Assembly (NCBI GenBank): GCA_043228905.1
Contig: JBHGNT010000021.1
Location: 12,896,001-12,960,000 of the forward strand
From: Azolla caroliniana
Taxonomy: Eukaryota > Plantae > Polypodiophyta
Reading direction: 5' to 3'
Length of the DNA: 64,000 nt
In this document: positions 47,588 to 60,369 of the stretch, one piece after another
How the letters are laid out: each line of letters starts with the position of its first letter
Numbering within the stretch: position 1 is the first letter of the stretch
Translations under genes and position numbers: made by a program
The notes under the pieces: generated by a model
Databases searched by the model: none
What the model was told of the DNA's origin: nothing
What the model saw: only the letters and a program-made list of their open reading frames with translations

Positions 47588-48881
47588 ACTCAGTTAGTAA
47601 GGTTGCCCAATGGAGACTAGGTGGTCATGGGTTCAACCCCTACATTCCACAATGGCATCTAGTGAAGTAGAGATATATATGAAGTATATAATAGAGAGGT
47701 GAGGAAATTGGGTTTCGAACCCAAGCCACAATGCTTGTAGTGTTATCGACTTACCACTAGGGTAAGCTAATTACAAAAAAAAAAATTGGGTTTCTCTCTC
47801 TTTCTATTTTATTTTTTTTATTTTTATTTGGTGTTATTTTTGCTTTTTCCTTTTTTTGTGTTAGGACGGCCATGGCCGTCCAAGCCCTACATTCACGGGC
47901 TTTCACTATTTAATGTTTCCATATCAAATAGTGACCAAGATATATATGGTATGGTATCGACGTGTCTAAATACCTCCAAAAATTGAAGAGGGCAAGTGAG
48001 GGAATCATGGAGAGGGATGGCGCAGGTCGCTCAGCCAAGGGCACGTGCGATCTGCACCATTCGATGTGGGGAAAAAAATGCGCGAAGAAATCATCGCTTA
48101 TTGGGGAGCCCGACTAGGAGCCCCTCTGTCTAACAGCCTCTATCACTAGGAGCCCCGTTGTCTAACAGCCTTTGTCACTAGGAGCCCGACTCTATCAAAA
48201 GGAGCCCCGTTGTCTGACAACCTCTGTTACTAGGAGCCCGACTCTATTAAAAGGAGCCCTGCTACCTAACAACCTCTGTCACCAAGAGCCCCGCTCATTA
48301 ATCAAGAGTCGGGCTAGGAGCCCCGCTCATTATTAAAGAGCACTGACTATAAAAACCCCGAATCACTCATTTTGAACCTATTTTGAAAAGGGAGTTTTAG
48401 GGTATTTGGAAGGAAGAATCGGAGAGGAGCACCACTTTCTGTTACCGGCCGGCAAAGGAGTCCAGAGTGGGAAACGGAGAGCTAATTAAAGTAGTAGGAA
48501 TGTGGTTGTAATTAAGCTATGAGTGTGGACGGACGGACCGGAATCGGTATGCCGTTCCGGATCCGGACCGATCCCGAACAGGTGCGGATGGCACCGTTTT
48601 GTAATACAGACAGGAAACCTATTTAAAGGCCCGGATACAATGTAGTAGTTAGCGGTTAATTAATGAAAGCTTAAGCGTTGTTATATCTCTGTGTCAATTG
48701 CCGTTCTGTCTTAATTGTTATATCTTACGCGTGTTATGAAAACGATCCTAATAAGTAACTTAACTAAGTCGGATTAAGCGTTGAAGTCTAATCCGGTTGC
48801 CGTAACACCCTTTGGTGAAGTGTCTCACGTAGACACCCTGTGTTAGGCCATTGTCCGGCCCGAAGAGTTAACACAGTTTTT

Positions 48882-49667
48882 GGCGACCAAGGGGGGCACT
48901 TTCTCGGACAAGTGGTGGAAAGCCTAACGACCTTCTATGCCGTGGTCCACAAACGAAGCACACCGTACTATCCGCAGGCGAACGGATTAGCGGAATCAAC
49001 GAACAAGACGCTCCAAAACATCCTTCGGAAGATCGTCAACGAGAACCGGACGGATTGGGACACAAAGCTACATAGCGCGCTTTGGGCATACCGGACGGCA
49101 TACAAAACGAGCATCCGAACAACACCGTTCCGGTTGGCGTTCGGACTCGAGGCGGTCATGCCGGTAGAATTTCAAGTACCTAGCTTACGGATTCAGCTAC
49201 GAGAACGGCTGAACGAGAAGGAGTCGGAGACAATAAGGTTGACAGCGCTGTGTGAGCTGGAGGAACAACGGTTGGCCAGCATCCTACATTTAGAATTAGA
49301 GCAACGGCGACGGAAAGCATTCGTCGACCGGCACAGGAAAGGTAACGAAAAAATGTTCGCAATTGGCAAACCAGTGCTAGTATTCCAAACCCGGATGGGC
49401 AAGATGCCGGGTAAACTAAGGTTTAGATGGACCGGACCATATTGGCTAACATGGGAGTATAATGGGTCCTACCAGTTGGGGACACTTGCCGGCGAAGTGC
49501 TGGGCAAATGGGTGAATGGATTCCGGTTAAAGGCATATAGAGGACCGATGCCTAAGAACCCGTTTGAACAAAGGACCGACGGCAACCACGAAGACGGCAG
49601 TGACGGCAAGCCGGTAACCGGAGAGAATGTGGCCGGTAAGGGTCCGGGAGGACCAACGGACATGTGA
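48882..49667 (+). pseudogene. C-terminal half of gypsy integrase
   Basis: DQGGHF...STPYYPQANGLAESTNK...ALWAYRT...WTGPY...NGFRLKAY. Confidence 0.9.
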
Positions 49668-50049
49668 CGTCACAGTAATAATAATAATAACAGAAAAAAA
49701 AAAAAAAAAAAAAAAAACAATCATGCAAAAGCGAGGAATGAATGGATGAAAGAGCGTGGAGCGAAAAGGTGCGTAGTGGGCATTTAAAGCGCCACCACAG
49801 GACATAATGCTATTTTAAGTACGCGACATGCACAAACTCGAAAAAGGCGCCAGAATGCACAGACAAAAACCATTGCGCATAGAGACCCTCTATTTTCGCG
49901 AACCAAGGAGCACAGAAGCACCGAAATGCTGCAAGATTATCAGAAGAGAACCTACGCATAGAGAACCCCCACCTTCTAAACTCTCTCTTTCTCAACCCCG
50001 CTCTCATCACCATCCATCCTCACCACCGCAGTCCGACCCCGACACAGAA

Positions 50050-52809
50050 ATGGACCCGCAAACGTTGTCGGAAGCCGCCAAGACATGGCTGAAGCAACAC
50101 GGGCTCGAGGGCTTCCTGATGATGATGGAAGTATCGCCACACAAAGAAGCCGACAAAGTGATCAAGGAAATCGATACAGAGGTCATAACGGCAGAGGCGA
50201 TTCGAGCGTTAACAGGCCTTCCGGAGGGAGGCATACTCACGATCGACAATCCAACCCCGGAGCAACTCATCAGGTATTTTGGTGAGTACTCTCTAGCCAG
50301 CAAGGGTTATCGGACACAGGGCGGCGGAGATATGTTGTTCCGCGAAATTGCTCGTGTGCTCCATGAATACGGCCACGTATACCCTAGACCCCCTGTCATG
50401 CCATAGAACCGGGCAGGGATGATCATCGCCACCTATGAAGGGATCAAGGTGGATTGGCCGGTATTGATCGCAGACGGGTTATGTGCGGCGATCGAGATCG
50501 TCAGAGGCAAAGACGGCAAAGGAGGCCGAGACGGACGAAGGATATGGCATGCCGTAATGCAGTGACTCACCTTGTTAGTGCCACCCGTTCAGACCGTCCA
50601 GCCCAAGAAGCGAGGAAGAGTGCCGGACGACACCCCAAGGACGGCTTCCAAACGGCAACAGTTGTTGGCCTCTAAGGCCAGTAAGGGAAAGGCGGCGGAT
50701 GCAGACCAGCCGGCAGCAGGAAGTGGCAGCCGGAAGCGCCCAACGGAGGCGCAGGAGGAACCACCGGCACGGCCCGTAAAGGTCACACTCCGCCGACCGG
50801 TGAATCGAGAAGTGGACCCCTTGGCGGCAAAACTCAATGCCGGAGCTCAGGAGGAGGAGCCTACGGAGCACCTCCAGCGACGGTCGTCGGCAAGGACCGT
50901 TGAGACAGCCGGGAAACGTTCGGACCCTCAGACGGAGGGAACACCGGCTCCCCATACTAAGACTCCTACGCCAAGGAAGGAACCGGAAACGGTGCAGATG
51001 GCACCGGAAACAGAAGCCCCGGCACCACCGGCAACACCGGCAAGTCCCATCCCGCCAGAGCCGGAAAGGTCACTGCAGCCTCCCTCGGTCAGCCAAGAAG
51101 AAGCGCAAGGGGACCAAGGACAGCAGGATGGTCCACGGGCAGAAACGGAACTGCAACTCGGCGCAACCAAGCGGGACCACCCCTCTACAAGTGAGCCCAT
51201 CTATCAAACCTCCGTGCAAGCACAACAAGGCACCGGTAGCCTGTGGCTCCGGTGGATAGGCGAACAGATAGCCGGAGCAGTGGGGTATATAGAGGCGGAA
51301 GAAAGAGCGCAAAGCGAACGGTTGCTCGTCACAACCGAACAACTAGAGATGGCCCGGTCCAGAATCCGGTGCCTTGAGAAAGATTTGGATCAGGTCACGA
51401 CAGAGATGGCTAAAATACGGATCCAATCACCGGTGACTCCGGTAAGTGTACAGAATAATGAAACGGAACGACCTGTACATAGGAATAAGACCCCGGCAAC
51501 GGAAACCGTTCCGGCGAGAGAGGCGGCGCAAGCTCGGGAGCTTGCAGAATTGAAGGAGGAACTTGCCGCACAAGAAGCGCTAAGGAGCCGTGAACGAGAA
51601 TTGAAGACGGCGGCCGAAGCCGAATTAAAGAAGACTGCTGAGAACCTCCGCCGGGCAGAGGAGAGCCTCCGGAAAGGCCATCAAGCGTACGACCGGCTAA
51701 AGGAGGAGAAAGACAAAGTGCTGCAGGAAAAGGACAAGCTGCAGAAAACGGCGGAAATAGAGATAGAACGGCTAAAGGAAGAGCTCCGCCAGCAGAAGGA
51801 CCGCGAGGACCGGGCCCGTCGTCAGATCAACGCACGGCTCAAGCAAAAGACGGATGATTTTGAGCACCTGCACCGGGACTACAAACGGCTGGAAATAGAG
51901 CATAAAGAACGGATAGCCGAGCTCCAGCAGGCAGTGGATCGGGCCGCAACGGCGATCGCCGACGAACGGGCGGAAAATACAAGACGCTTGGAAGAGGCGG
52001 AGAAGGTCCGGATGGAGCTCCAGAAGCAACAGCAGGAAGACAAAGAGAGAGCGTCTACAGTGTTGCAGAAATTACAAAGTACATATCAAAGGCAACTGGC
52101 GCATTACAAGGCGCAGGCGGAGGACAACGTAAAAATCATCAAACAACTGAAGGAGGAACGGCAAGCAACGGAAACCAAATCGCAATTGGGAACGAGCCGG
52201 ATTCAGTCCATCCTCCGGGCATGGCTGAATCAGACGAAGCACTTGATTGATGAAAGCTCCGTAAAATGGTGGACAAAATGGGCACAAAACGCAGCGGAAC
52301 TCCAGTTGCTACGGGCGGATGTGGCAAACCGGCGGAAGGAAGGAGATGACTGTTATACGCTGACTTCCGAGGACTTCACCGCCATACAGGACGAGCTGGC
52401 CGACGACTTCCAAGTCCTGGCAGATGAACAACTGGCGCAGGTCAGGCAGCTCATAGCTCAGCTAGACGACGATAGGCTGGACGCTCAAATCCAGTTTGAA
52501 AGCTACGAGCGGTCCCGGGTACGGGAAGAAAAAGCACAGGAAGCGACAACGGTTAACCTTAGTGATGAGGAACCGTCGTCGGCTGAGGGCCAGCCGGGAA
52601 CCAGTCAACCGGAGACCACCACGACGCAGGGAGCAACGACGGAGACGCCGGTGTCAGAGCCACAAACGGAGGAGCAGCCGCAGCAACCACCAACGGACCC
52701 GCCGCAGCAGACAGCAACAGAGCAGCAACAGCAACAACAACAACCACTTCCAGATGAACCATTGGAGCCTCTCGAACAGAGCATTTTGGACATTTTGGAC
52801 GAAGAATAG
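50050..52809 (+). pseudogene. Extra retroelement ORF (~920 codons): plant-mobile-domain-like N-terminus, P/T-rich linker, long coiled coil
   Basis: ORFs 49828-50406 and 50572-52809 share a frame, separated by two stops (TAG 50404, TGA ~50563). Motifs ITAEAIRALTGLP and GIKVDWPVLI. Confidence 0.75.
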
Positions 52810-55083
52810 CAAGGGTCGGTTGTGGATTCGACGTACAAGGTACTGTCCCACGGGCGTGCCATGTGTTACCGGCCGGCAAAGGAGTCCAGAGTGGGAAACG
52901 GAGAGCTAATTAAAGTAGTAGGAATGTGGTTGTAATTAAGCTATGAGTGTGGACGGACGGACCGGAATCGGTATGCCGTTCCGGATCCGGACCGATCCCG
53001 AACAGGTGCGGATGGCACCGTTTTGTAATACAGACAGGAAACCTATTTAAAGGCCCGGATACAATGTAATAGTTAGCGGTTAATTAATGAAAGCTTAAGC
53101 GTTGTTATATCTCTGTGTCAATTGCCGTTCTGTCTTAATTGTTATATCTTACGCGTGTTATGAAGACGATCCTAATAAGTAACTTAACTAAGTCGGATTA
53201 AGCGTTGAAGTCTAATCCGGTTGCCGTAACACCCTTTGGTGAAGTGTCTCACGTAGACACCCTGTGTTAGGCCATTGTCTGGCCCGAAGAGTTAACACTT
53301 TCCACCAAAATCCGAGAGGAGCACCACTTTCCGCCAACGAGCACTTCCCAACCACCTACATTCGATCTGCAAAACGAAGGCAATAATAGGTATGTATTTT
53401 CATGGTTATTTTTATTTTTTACATCGTTTAGTGTTTAGGTTTTCTTTTCATTTACATTTGATCACATGGTTCCATATTCTAACATGGTGAGAGACTTAGT
53501 TGTTCCATTTTTTCAAATGTATCATATAAATACATTGTTATAATTTCACCATCAATATGAAGAAATGTTGAATTAGAAACAACCTTTTTGTATTTTCTTT
53601 CAACCCATTTTCATTGTTTTCCACCAAATGAAACTAAGCTCAAAGCAACACAAAATATGTTTGCTCAAACATTGATTATCTCCGGTACTTAGTTACAACA
53701 CAAGGTACGATTATCTTCAGCACTTATGTATTCATGTTTACATGCGTAGGAATGCAATTATTTCGAGCACACAGATGTGGATACACATCATAGGTTTGTT
53801 ATTTTCCTATTGGATTATGACAATGATAATATTACGTAGTAGAGATTAGTTAAGCACTATAAGCATAAATATAATCACCATGAGGACATGCCATTATAGC
53901 CAATGAATAACATGTATGTATGTGTGCATGCATATTCTAAATGTTTGAATTCTTCCACGCGATCCTTTGAAATATGGAAATCATGTTTGAATATGGAACC
54001 ATTTCTTTCTCATATGCCATATTCTAAATGTTTGAATTCTTCCACTCTACATCGGTATCTTATTAAGAGGACTAGGTTCTCAAATATGGTTCTAGACATA
54101 CAATACACTTTGTAATCAAAGTAAGATTTGAAAATTGATATATTTCAAACATTTTAATATGCAATGTATTTGAATCACCAGGAATAACATGTTTGTGTGG
54201 TGTCTCTAATTTCATGGGCTTCTTTTGTATCCCATTTTCTTCTTGCTTCTCATATGCCATATTCAAAATGGTATTGGAGACACCTTGCATATTCCACATT
54301 TCTCCATTGAATATTTCATATGTTATTATGTATATATGGATTTGTTTCCTCCCAATTATTTAGCTATATCAATATTTAAAAATTGTTGCATGCATCTGAT
54401 GATTTCTTAGTGTGCTTGGATTGTGAAATTTGAACTTGAATGCAATGGACATATTGGTGGTTATTGAAAATGGCATGTGGTTTGTACAGAAGGCTAGTTG
54501 GTCCAAAACCTTCATAGACTTTGATGTGGATTGGGGTGAAACAATACCCTACGAAGGGAGGTATGGCCTAAATCATTTCTCAACTATATATTGTGTATAA
54601 ATAGTGATGTTTGTGTGCTAACTTGAATGATGGTTTAGGGTTTTTGTAAGAAAGGATGCTAGGTGCCCCAAATCCAACGATATGGATAGTGAAACATCAT
54701 TACTGAAAATCCTATGAATGACTTGAACATGGATACGAACCCCATACACGACATGGGGCCATTTGTAGAAAAGAGGTACGATGGTTTCGTAAGAAAGCTG
54801 AGATGGAGGCTCACTTACAAAAGGCACATGGCATTCATGTAATACTGCCTCGGGGGCTGAAGATAGAGGAAGAAGAGCAATCGACCTCCATGAACACATC
54901 CACCTCATGCTTTAGCAACTACGAAAGACAACGATCAATAAGGCGCCATTTGGATCCGGAGCTAAAGTACAATAGATCACGCCAATCGTACATGAGGAAG
55001 TTGAAGACAAGAGCTATTAAAACCTTCAAAGCCTAATAAACAGGTTTCAGGTGGCTTGTTGAAGACTAGATCTAACAGTCTTT

Positions 55084-55636
55084 TTGACTGAGGTAGAACT
55101 ATGTTCGTTGTGCACTATAGGGGAGATGTCATCCACGTGGACAATGGCCCTCTTCCACTTATGGATGGAGTACTCGCTACCCCCTGAGGTCAACAATCGG
55201 TTTCATATTGTTGATCCATTATGGGTACAACTAGCAAAGCAAAGTGATAAGGTAGAAAACATACTCACTCGGGTCCCTGAACGAGAATGTCTTCATTCCA
55301 ATATTGCACTCAGGGCATTGGGTGCTTTGGATGAAGATGCGGCAGACTCCTACATGTTTCGATGTCAAGAAGGTGAGGAGCCCAATTGTTTTTTGTGATC
55401 CGCTGAATAATCATCCAACTGCCAACATGAAGACATTGGGTGATTTGGTTGTACAACATATCTCTAGCGACACGCACGACCATTGCATCATCAGCAACGA
55501 ACGGTTCCATGTATTGCATATCCCGGCCCAACCTAATGGGACGGATTGTGGGTATTACGTGATGCAAACGATTCGGATGTTGGTTGAGGTGTTCATTCAA
55601 GGATTTGAGTCTAATGATTTTGTAAGTATCCCTTAG
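55084..55636 (+). pseudogene. Ulp1-like SUMO/ubiquitin-like protease (C48) fragment within the MULE
   Basis: FHIVDPLW ... CDPL ... PAQPNGTDCGYYVM (catalytic Q-x-N-x-x-D-C-G); frameshifted. Confidence 0.75.
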
Positions 55637-56413
55637 GATTGAATATGAGCATTTGTTTTTGTAAGGGCTTAGGATTGATGGCATCTTGTGGTGTAGGGTA
55701 AGGAGCAATGGTTTGGATTCGAAGACGTGGAGCTCCTTCGGAAAATCATGGCAAAATGGGCATGGAGGACTTTGTGCTTAGGGTTATTTTAATCATTCGG
55801 AGTTGTACTTTGTAACATCAAATATATGATTTTGATGTACTATCTAATGCGGTTGCCATCCTTTTTTGTATATTCTAGAACCAAGGCTGCCAACTTTTTT
55901 GTATTTTGGAATCAAGGCGGCCAACCTTTTTTGTATATTCTTGGCCATATCAATATGGTTAATTTTATAATATCAAATCAATATTTTAATCTCATTTTAG
56001 TTTTATATGATTCTATGTGAATCTTATTCAATGTGGAGTGCCATGACTTGAGGAGTTTGAGATAATGTTTTAAGCCTTCTATTTTTGAAGCTTTTAGATT
56101 CATACGTATATAAATTGTGTATGCAATGCTTTCGTAAAAGCATGTTTCTTGGTTGGGGGTCTTCTTAGATGAGCTTTTTTATCGATTTATGATATTAACG
56201 TGGGGGAGCAGATGCTCTCCTAGTGTTGAAATCATTCTCAAAGAGCTGAAATCATGCTCTACTACTGTTGTATATGCCCTAGTAAGTCAATAATGAAGAA
56301 GATAGGCTCTGTGAACACTGCACTAAGGTTCAAAGTAATCTACAATAATGTTATATGGGGAGTTGAAGATTATGTTTGAAATCCTCAAAAATCAAGTCGC
56401 ATTATAAACTTGC

Positions 56414-56960
56414 TTGAGAGTTATATTGGCAAGGATTCCCACAGTGAGGCCAAATGCGATAGTGATTGATAAATGTTGGACATCATATAATGCCATAACT
56501 AATGTGGTTGCAACAGACCGTCAATCTTGGATTGTTGTAAATGGGCAACGGTCGCAAACACATTGTCGACTTTTGTTGTGTCAGTTTCACACCAAAAAAT
56601 CATGGGTGGACAACTTGTTGCCAAAAGTAATTGCAACTGAGAGAAGCCATCTTTATCAATAAATGTACCAACTGATGCAATTCATTACTAAATCCGCATT
56701 CAATGTGATGTGTGAGGAGTTAAAGGTAGAATATGCAAACAAGCCCGATGTTTGACAATATATAAAAGGAGGATGGCGTGGTTTGACAAGTGTGTGGAGG
56801 AAACTCTGGGCCAAGTTTGGTAGAATGTTCAACTACGTACATGTTGACACTACTAATATTGTGGAAAGACGTTGATAGTTTATCAAATATACTGCCTTGA
56901 GAGGAAGAATAAACCAATCAATTACCAACGTTGTGCATGTCTTAATCGGGGATAGTGAAA
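56414..56960 (+). pseudogene. MULE transposase domain fragment
   Basis: AIVIDKCWTSYNAITNVV...LLCQFHTKKSW and HVDTTNIVER; stops present. Confidence 0.8.
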
Positions 56961-59559
56961 CATGGAAGATATGACTGAGAAGGTGTATCGTGTTGGTGCA
57001 CCAAGATCAACCAATGAAGAAGAAGGCAGATCAATAAGTTGTAACCAACAAATCGGTGCCAAAAGAAGTGCAACAATAGACATATCGCAAGAACTTATTG
57101 GCAGCTCCCCAAACACTTCTAAATCCCACACCGGAAAACTACAAAGAAGTGCAAGTCGGGCTAGGAGGCGATTGCCAATATGTGACCATGAGAAGGTTCA
57201 GTGTTTGCGTTGCGATGGCTTGACCTTGACTTCAAGAGACTCGATTGTTACATGTTGTAAAAATTGTGATTGCATTTTGCCATCATCTAAACATAAGCCA
57301 CAATTGTTATATGTAATGTGTGTATCCATATTTCATTTTAGGGTTCCAAGGCTTGGCTTATTCCCATTATCAATATTTGACGTTCTAATCTTTTATGTTA
57401 GACTTTTTATTTGAATCTTTAAGTTGATTTATTATTTGAAGCTTGGAGATATAAGTTTGTGGGACTTTTGAATGGCAAATATTTGTTGTACACTTACAAT
57501 TTTTTGGATTTTTTGATGTTTGTTTCTAAGTCGAGCTCCTGGTGACAGAGGTTGTCAGGCAGCGGAGCTCCTTTTGACAGAGTTGAGCTCATAGTTACAG
57601 AGGTTGTCAGGCAACGGAGCTCCTTTTGACAGAGTCAAGATCCTAGTTACAGAGGCTGTCAGGCAGCGGGGCTCCTTGTGACAGAGTCAAGCTCCTGGTG
57701 ACAAAGGTTGTTTGACAACGAGGCTCCTTGTGATAAAGTCAAGCTCCTGGTTACAGAGGTTGTCAGAGAGTCAGGCTCCTTATGACAAAGTCGGGCTCCT
57801 GGTGATAGACGTTGGTAGCTTTTTATCCACATTGGACGGTGGAGATCGAATGTGTCATTGACACTGCGACCTGCACCGTCAACGCCAGCGATTCCCTCAC
57901 TTGCCCTCTTAAATTTTTGGTAGTAGTTAGTCACAAGCGTATGGTATGCTATGGTATGGTATATGTATGTATGTATGTATTTCTCTCAACATTTGTAAAA
58001 CCATAGATCTTAATAATCAAACCTAGAGCTTTTATTTTCCTAGTATGGTTACCCATACATATATTTATGATCATAATTTGCCTTATAGCCCCATTTTGGC
58101 CTCTAATATACTTCACTATGTATATCTTTCATTCCTTCTTTCTCTCACTCACTCTTTGTCACTCTGATTAATGAGACCCTAATATTTGTTAGATCTCATA
58201 GGTCATTGTGGTTTTCTAGACACCTTACTATTGCTTCCTTTTATATTTCTAGAGAGACACAGAAGACTACAAAAAATTCATCATAATAATTTATGAGTGT
58301 CAATGAAGACTGAGGATAGTACAAAATGAATATGTACGAAATGAATACAAAAGAAACAAATGAAAGAAAAGTTGAGAATGCCCGCGAGCCAGTGTAGCGT
58401 GTAGAGTCTAGACTATGCCTCGGTTTTCACATCTAAGATGTGAGAGTAGAGGCCCTTTCATATACATATGTATGTACAACACCATAATGTAACCAGATAG
58501 ATAGTCACGAGGAGCCACTATTTTTGTTTATTTCAATGACTTGTTTTGTTCTTATTTGCATAGGATAATCATTACACCCAAAATTCCTATGAGTGAAACT
58601 GTTCTCTGGAATGTTTGAAGCTCCATCTTGCCATGGTGTCCGATTATGCAGAAAGATAGGGTTTCAATATACAGGAAGGTTGTCCAAAAACATCTGATAA
58701 CCCTTTGGTATTGATGAAAAATTGGTCACCTTCCAAAAATCTTTATTCCGGCAACTCTCGAGAATTTCTTTGTCCTACATTATGGACATCATTTGAGAGT
58801 GAACAATTTGTGAGACTTCAGAAACAAAGAATTATGAATCTCTCCCTATCCCTATCCCTCAAGGGAAAGGAATCAAGATTTAAACCTTGAATAAGACTTG
58901 CTCCCATAACCGCTCTAATGCCTGCATTTCATTCATATGATTCTCAGCCTGGAAATTTTCATCTAAGCCTATATTAAATAAAATATTGCTGGTGATAAAC
59001 TGCACTAAACCTTATCAGTATTTGATGATGAAATCACTACTGGCGATAGCGCTTTTTTCGTTGTTCATCCACTTCTTTTTCTGCCTAACAAGGACCATAC
59101 AAAAGAAGTGGTAAGTACTTGGATCAACAAATCTCCACAAATCATCACATATACTGGTAAACTTCACAAATTCCCAATATTCTAAATCAGAGCAGAATCT
59201 ATGAAGACAGAGAGACCAAAACAATAATCCAACGTTGGATTTGAAGAAGCTAGTATCAGGAACAACTCGCTTAATTTTGGCGACGATGAAATTGTTTGGT
59301 CATCAATCGGTGCAGAAATAGTAGCTGGTCTGTCTACTTCTATCTTCTATCTCTCACTATTTTCTTGTTGCACGTTCTTTTTAGTATATTCCCAAAAAAC
59401 AGAAAATAGTTATAATAAGGGTTATGTTTCTAAAAAACCCTTATTACCCCTAAGAAGAACCTATATATGGAAACGTTATTTGGGTCCTTTTTATGAATAA
59501 AGTTGAGAGCTTTGCTGTCTTTTGAGCTCTGCACTTCAACACTGGTCACATCAGAATAA

Positions 59560-59625
59560 CCTATCTTCTTTGTTACATCAGAACCACCTCTTCCACCATC
59601 AAATGCATGGTACGCTCTGCCATTG

Positions 59626-59670
<45 letters not shown>

Positions 59671-60369
59671 GTGCTGCTAGACAACAACTACCCGTATATA
59701 CCTAATCTAGATCAACCTCTCAACTCTGATACCATGTTAGAAATATTGAGAATCGATTAGATAGGTATATAGAGTTACAACCACAGAGATGGATCTATGA
59801 AAACAAAACTTCTATTACATATGAGAGTAGCTCACAATGGTAGTTCACCCATGCACTCACACATTAGAGCTTAGATGGGATCAGGACCAGCTCACTACAA
59901 AATTAGTGGGGACTGATGATCAATACTCCACTGTGTAAGAGAGTGGATTATATTCTCTGTTTGGTCTAAGTGCAACATTAAATGTGTATGTCAATTGATA
60001 GTAGTGGAGATATTCCTTTTCTGTCAACTGACTTGTCATTTAATATGACCCAACTCCCTAGATACATGCTAGTGCTAGATAGTACTTATCTTGAGTCAAT
60101 GGCACATACTTCAAGACTAAGTTATTGCAACTTGCCCACAAAATATTCTAGTTGACTTGATTAGCCAATCCTATTACCTATTTCGCTCTTTCCTAAATCC
60201 ATTGTGTCCTACGCATCTACGGTTTCCTAGATTAACATCTTATCGACCCATATGGTCGAGTTGCACACTAGATGCTCCTCATTTGGGGCGCTATCACAAA
60301 ATGTGCACTCTAAGAGCACATATGGGGATAGATTTACAACTTGGGGCTGATCATTGATTATATCTAACA
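59560..60369 (-). mobile_element. 5' LTR (59735-60369), Met PBS and start of a decayed LTR element
   Basis: TGTTAG...CTAACA termini; TGGTATCAGAG at 59734-59724. The other end is not visible. Confidence 0.7.

Larger units (their letters stand above)
48440..53297 (+). mobile_element. Non-chromovirus Ty3/gypsy deletion derivative with an extra 3' ORF
   Basis: 434-bp LTRs at 48440-48873 and 52864-53297 (~3 mismatches); TSD CTTTC; PBS-like TGGCGACC fused directly to mid-integrase. Confidence 0.92.
47958..57938 (+). mobile_element. Mutator-like (MULE) DNA transposon carrying a Ulp1 protease
   Basis: TIRs CCAAAAATT.AAGAGGGCAAGTGAGGGAATC at both ends; subterminal GGAGCCC/TGTC repeats at 48105-48340 and inverted at 57533-57803; 9-bp flanking duplication GTATGGTAT. 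Confidence 0.8.

Noticed and set aside
47864-47881. Perfect palindrome GGACGGCCATGGCCGTCC as a Helitron end
   Set aside because: No CTRR terminus at the expected distance.
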